From positions 1-64,000 of IMG/VR virus record IMGVR_UViG_3300025012_000026: DNA of 64,000 nt; one strand, written 5' to 3'. Position numbers and translations under genes: made by a program. Below are positions 62,210-64,000 of this stretch, piece by piece; the first letter of the stretch is position 1; the number at the start of each line of letters is the position of its first letter. The notes beneath the pieces were generated by a model, which was not told where the DNA came from, did not search any database, and saw nothing but the letters and a program-made list of their open reading frames with translations.

Positions 62210-63067
62210 ATGATTCTTTCAGGTTTATTCCTTGGTGTAAGTTATTTTCAAAAAGTAATAGGAATTCCATCTCCAGTGCCAAAAATTTATGATTCGATAA
62301 AAATCTATGGTGCTTCAACGATCGACAAACTACAAATAAAAAATATAGAAGTTGATAATACAACTTTGCAAAATACTATTATTACAGATAGTCTTTTTTG
62401 GGGGCCAAATCATATTTTGTTGGCAGAATTCGAGAATAATTTAATTGGTGGAAATGTTGCAAATCTTGATTCTCCTGTAACGCATTGGCAAATTAGTAGG
62501 AGAGAATCTGGTAGTGATGTATTGAAGATTTTGGGTACAGTTGTAGTAGGAACAACGGAATTCATAGATTATTTGTGTCAGCAAGGAAAAACATATATTT
62601 ATGAAGTAAATGCGATAAATGCCAACCAAATTAGCGAAGCCTTTGTTACAGAAGCAGTGGAAATGGATTTCTATGGTTATTATTTGGTTTCAGAAGATGA
62701 AGGTTTGGCATATAAATTTGACTTAAATGTTCAATCAGGTGCAAATGAATATGCAGAAGATGTAATTTTTTATGACGGATATGGTAAATATCCTGCAAAA
62801 GCTATAGGTCAAAGAAAATATTTAAAAACAAGTATTTCAGCTATTTGTGCAACAGTAGATATAAACGGACAATTATTGCAAAGCGTGGAATATATGGATA
62901 CATTAAGAGATTTTATAACAAATGGTAAAAGTAAAATATACAAAACAAGGAAAGGTTCGATACATCGGGTCTTTACACATAATTATAAAGAACCTATATG
63001 GAATGACGCAATTGGGCAACAAATTCAAGTTGTGACTTTTGATATAGTCGAAGACGCTAATGTTTAG
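62210..63067 (+). CDS. tail/baseplate protein
   Basis: 285 aa; FIDY...TYIYEV FN3-like segment. Confidence 0.6.
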   Translation: MILSGLFLGVSYFQKVIGIPSPVPKIYDSIKIYGASTIDKLQIKNIEVDNTTLQNTIITDSLFWGPNHILLAEFENNLIGGNVANLDSPVTHWQISRRESGSDVLKILGTVVVGTTEFIDYLCQQGKTYIYEVNAINANQISEAFVTEAVEMDFYGYYLVSEDEGLAYKFDLNVQSGANEYAEDVIFYDGYGKYPAKAIGQRKYLKTSISAICATVDINGQLLQSVEYMDTLRDFITNGKSKIYKTRKGSIHRVFTHNYKEPIWNDAIGQQIQVVTFDIVEDANV

Positions 63068-63112
63068 AGTTATATAAAAGTTTAACCCGCTTGCGACTGG
63101 GAGGTGACTAAA

Positions 63113-64000
63113 ATGGCAACATTCCAAGATTATTTAAATGTCTTAAATTCTGGCACTTATAAGCAAAAAATAAGAGTTCAGTTTTTAAGATCGGAAGACG
63201 AATCTGTACGAGAAGATGTAACTTCTCTAGTTGAAAATGCTTCTGGTTCAATTAATATCCAACGAGCTAACGGAATTCGTCGCACATGCGACATAACTTT
63301 ATTTAATTTAGATGGCGAATATATACCCAATATTGATAATTTTTGGATTAGGCAGAAATTTCAGGTTTGGCTTGGTTTGGAAATGCCAGATGGTAGTGAT
63401 TATTTTATACCGCAAGGATTGTATATAGTTGATGATCCAAGTACAAGTTCAAAATTTAGCGAATCTAAGATAATAATTCATGGAGTTGATAAGTTTGGAA
63501 TTTTATCTGAAATAGGAGGAGAATTAGAAACAACTTATATTATTCCATTGGGGACAAATTTAATTACTGCGATAAATACCACACTGGCATTGATAAACGA
63601 CCCTAAAACACCAATTATTGATTTATCTCTTGTTTCTAAAACAGTCCCATATACCATGATATATGAAGTTGGACAAAAAATTGGTGACATCCTTATTGAT
63701 CTTGCTCAACTCTATTCTTGTAGTGCCTACTATGATTCTTTGGGGCAACTTAATATTGAAAAAGACATTGAAGATGATATTAAGCCATCTCAATGGGATT
63801 TTTCCGATACTAATCAATTTTTTTACAGAGGCGCGGTTAATAAATATAAATGGAGCGAAATGTATAATGCAGTAAAAGTAACATCCTCAAATATCAATGG
63901 ATTATCTTATACTCATACAGCCAGAGACATAAATTTATCTTCTCCAACTTCTATTCAGAATACGGGTTTCGAGAGAGTATTCCCATATACCTCTGACAAA
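63113..64000 (+). CDS. DUF5048-like tail/baseplate hub protein, truncated by the window end
   Basis: GGAGGTG RBS, ATG 63113; manual translation MATFQDYLNVL...NGIRRTCDITF...PQGLYIVDDP is open to 64000; absent from the track because no stop is reached. Confidence 0.7.
   Translation, partial: MATFQDYLNVLNSGTYKQKIRVQFLRSEDESVREDVTSLVENASGSINIQRANGIRRTCDITLFNLDGEYIPNIDNFWIRQKFQVWLGLEMPDGSDYFIPQGLYIVDDPSTSSKFSESKIIIHGVDKFGILSEIGGELETTYIIPLGTNLITAINTTLALINDPKTPIIDLSLVSKTVPYTMIYEVGQKIGDILIDLAQLYSCSAYYDSLGQLNIEKDIEDDIKPSQWDFSDTNQFFYRGAVNKYKWSEMYNAVKVTSSNINGLSYTHTARDINLSSPTSIQNTGFERVFPYTSDK

Noticed and set aside
1269-63817. Many short minus-strand ORFs in the track, plus + strand ORFs nested in other genes (for example 304-489, 49726-49953, 58849-59061, 63663-63875)
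   Set aside because: They overlap well-supported genes, lack RBSs and look like antisense or shadow frames
1-64000. Stop-codon recoding as the explanation for split genes
   Set aside because: The splits are explained by introns or a repeat frameshift, and other genes end at TAA, TAG or TGA at sensible lengths
1-64000. CRISPR arrays, tRNA, rRNA, inteins
   Set aside because: No regularly spaced repeat-spacer units, cloverleaf or T-loop signatures, or intein terminal motifs were recognised by eye

Overview
AT-rich 64 kb segment of a large SPbeta-like siphovirus or prophage, probably infecting a clostridial host (it carries a cell-wall-binding-2 surface protein gene). Almost all genes are on the + strand. 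The gene order follows the SPbeta late region as I recall it: YonO-type single-subunit RNA polymerase, PIN-PhoH, HU, YonK/YonJ-like genes, ClpP-like protease, terminase, portal, protease/scaffold, major capsid, head-tail and tail genes, an accessory block (antirepressor, RusA, SF2 helicase, surface protein, HTH, lipoprotein), tape measure and distal tail genes. Three genes that look split in the ORF track are interrupted by group I introns: the RNA polymerase (inside its DxDGD catalytic motif, with a GIY-YIG homing endonuclease), the major capsid protein (with an unresolved splice-junction register) and the tape measure protein. About eight homing-endonuclease-like genes are present. The best candidate for an undescribed system is a helical DIP1984/DUF6847-like gene (10872-11570) followed by a ~430 nt multi-branched structured RNA closed by a ~30 bp long-range helix. 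Other notable signals are a second structured RNA candidate after yonO, recurrent non-canonical (ATT/ACG/ATA) start codons, recurrent structured leaders before endonuclease genes, an origin-like palindrome after the helicase and patchy C-versus-G strand skew. No tRNA, rRNA or CRISPR array was seen. All family assignments come from motif recognition, not database searches.
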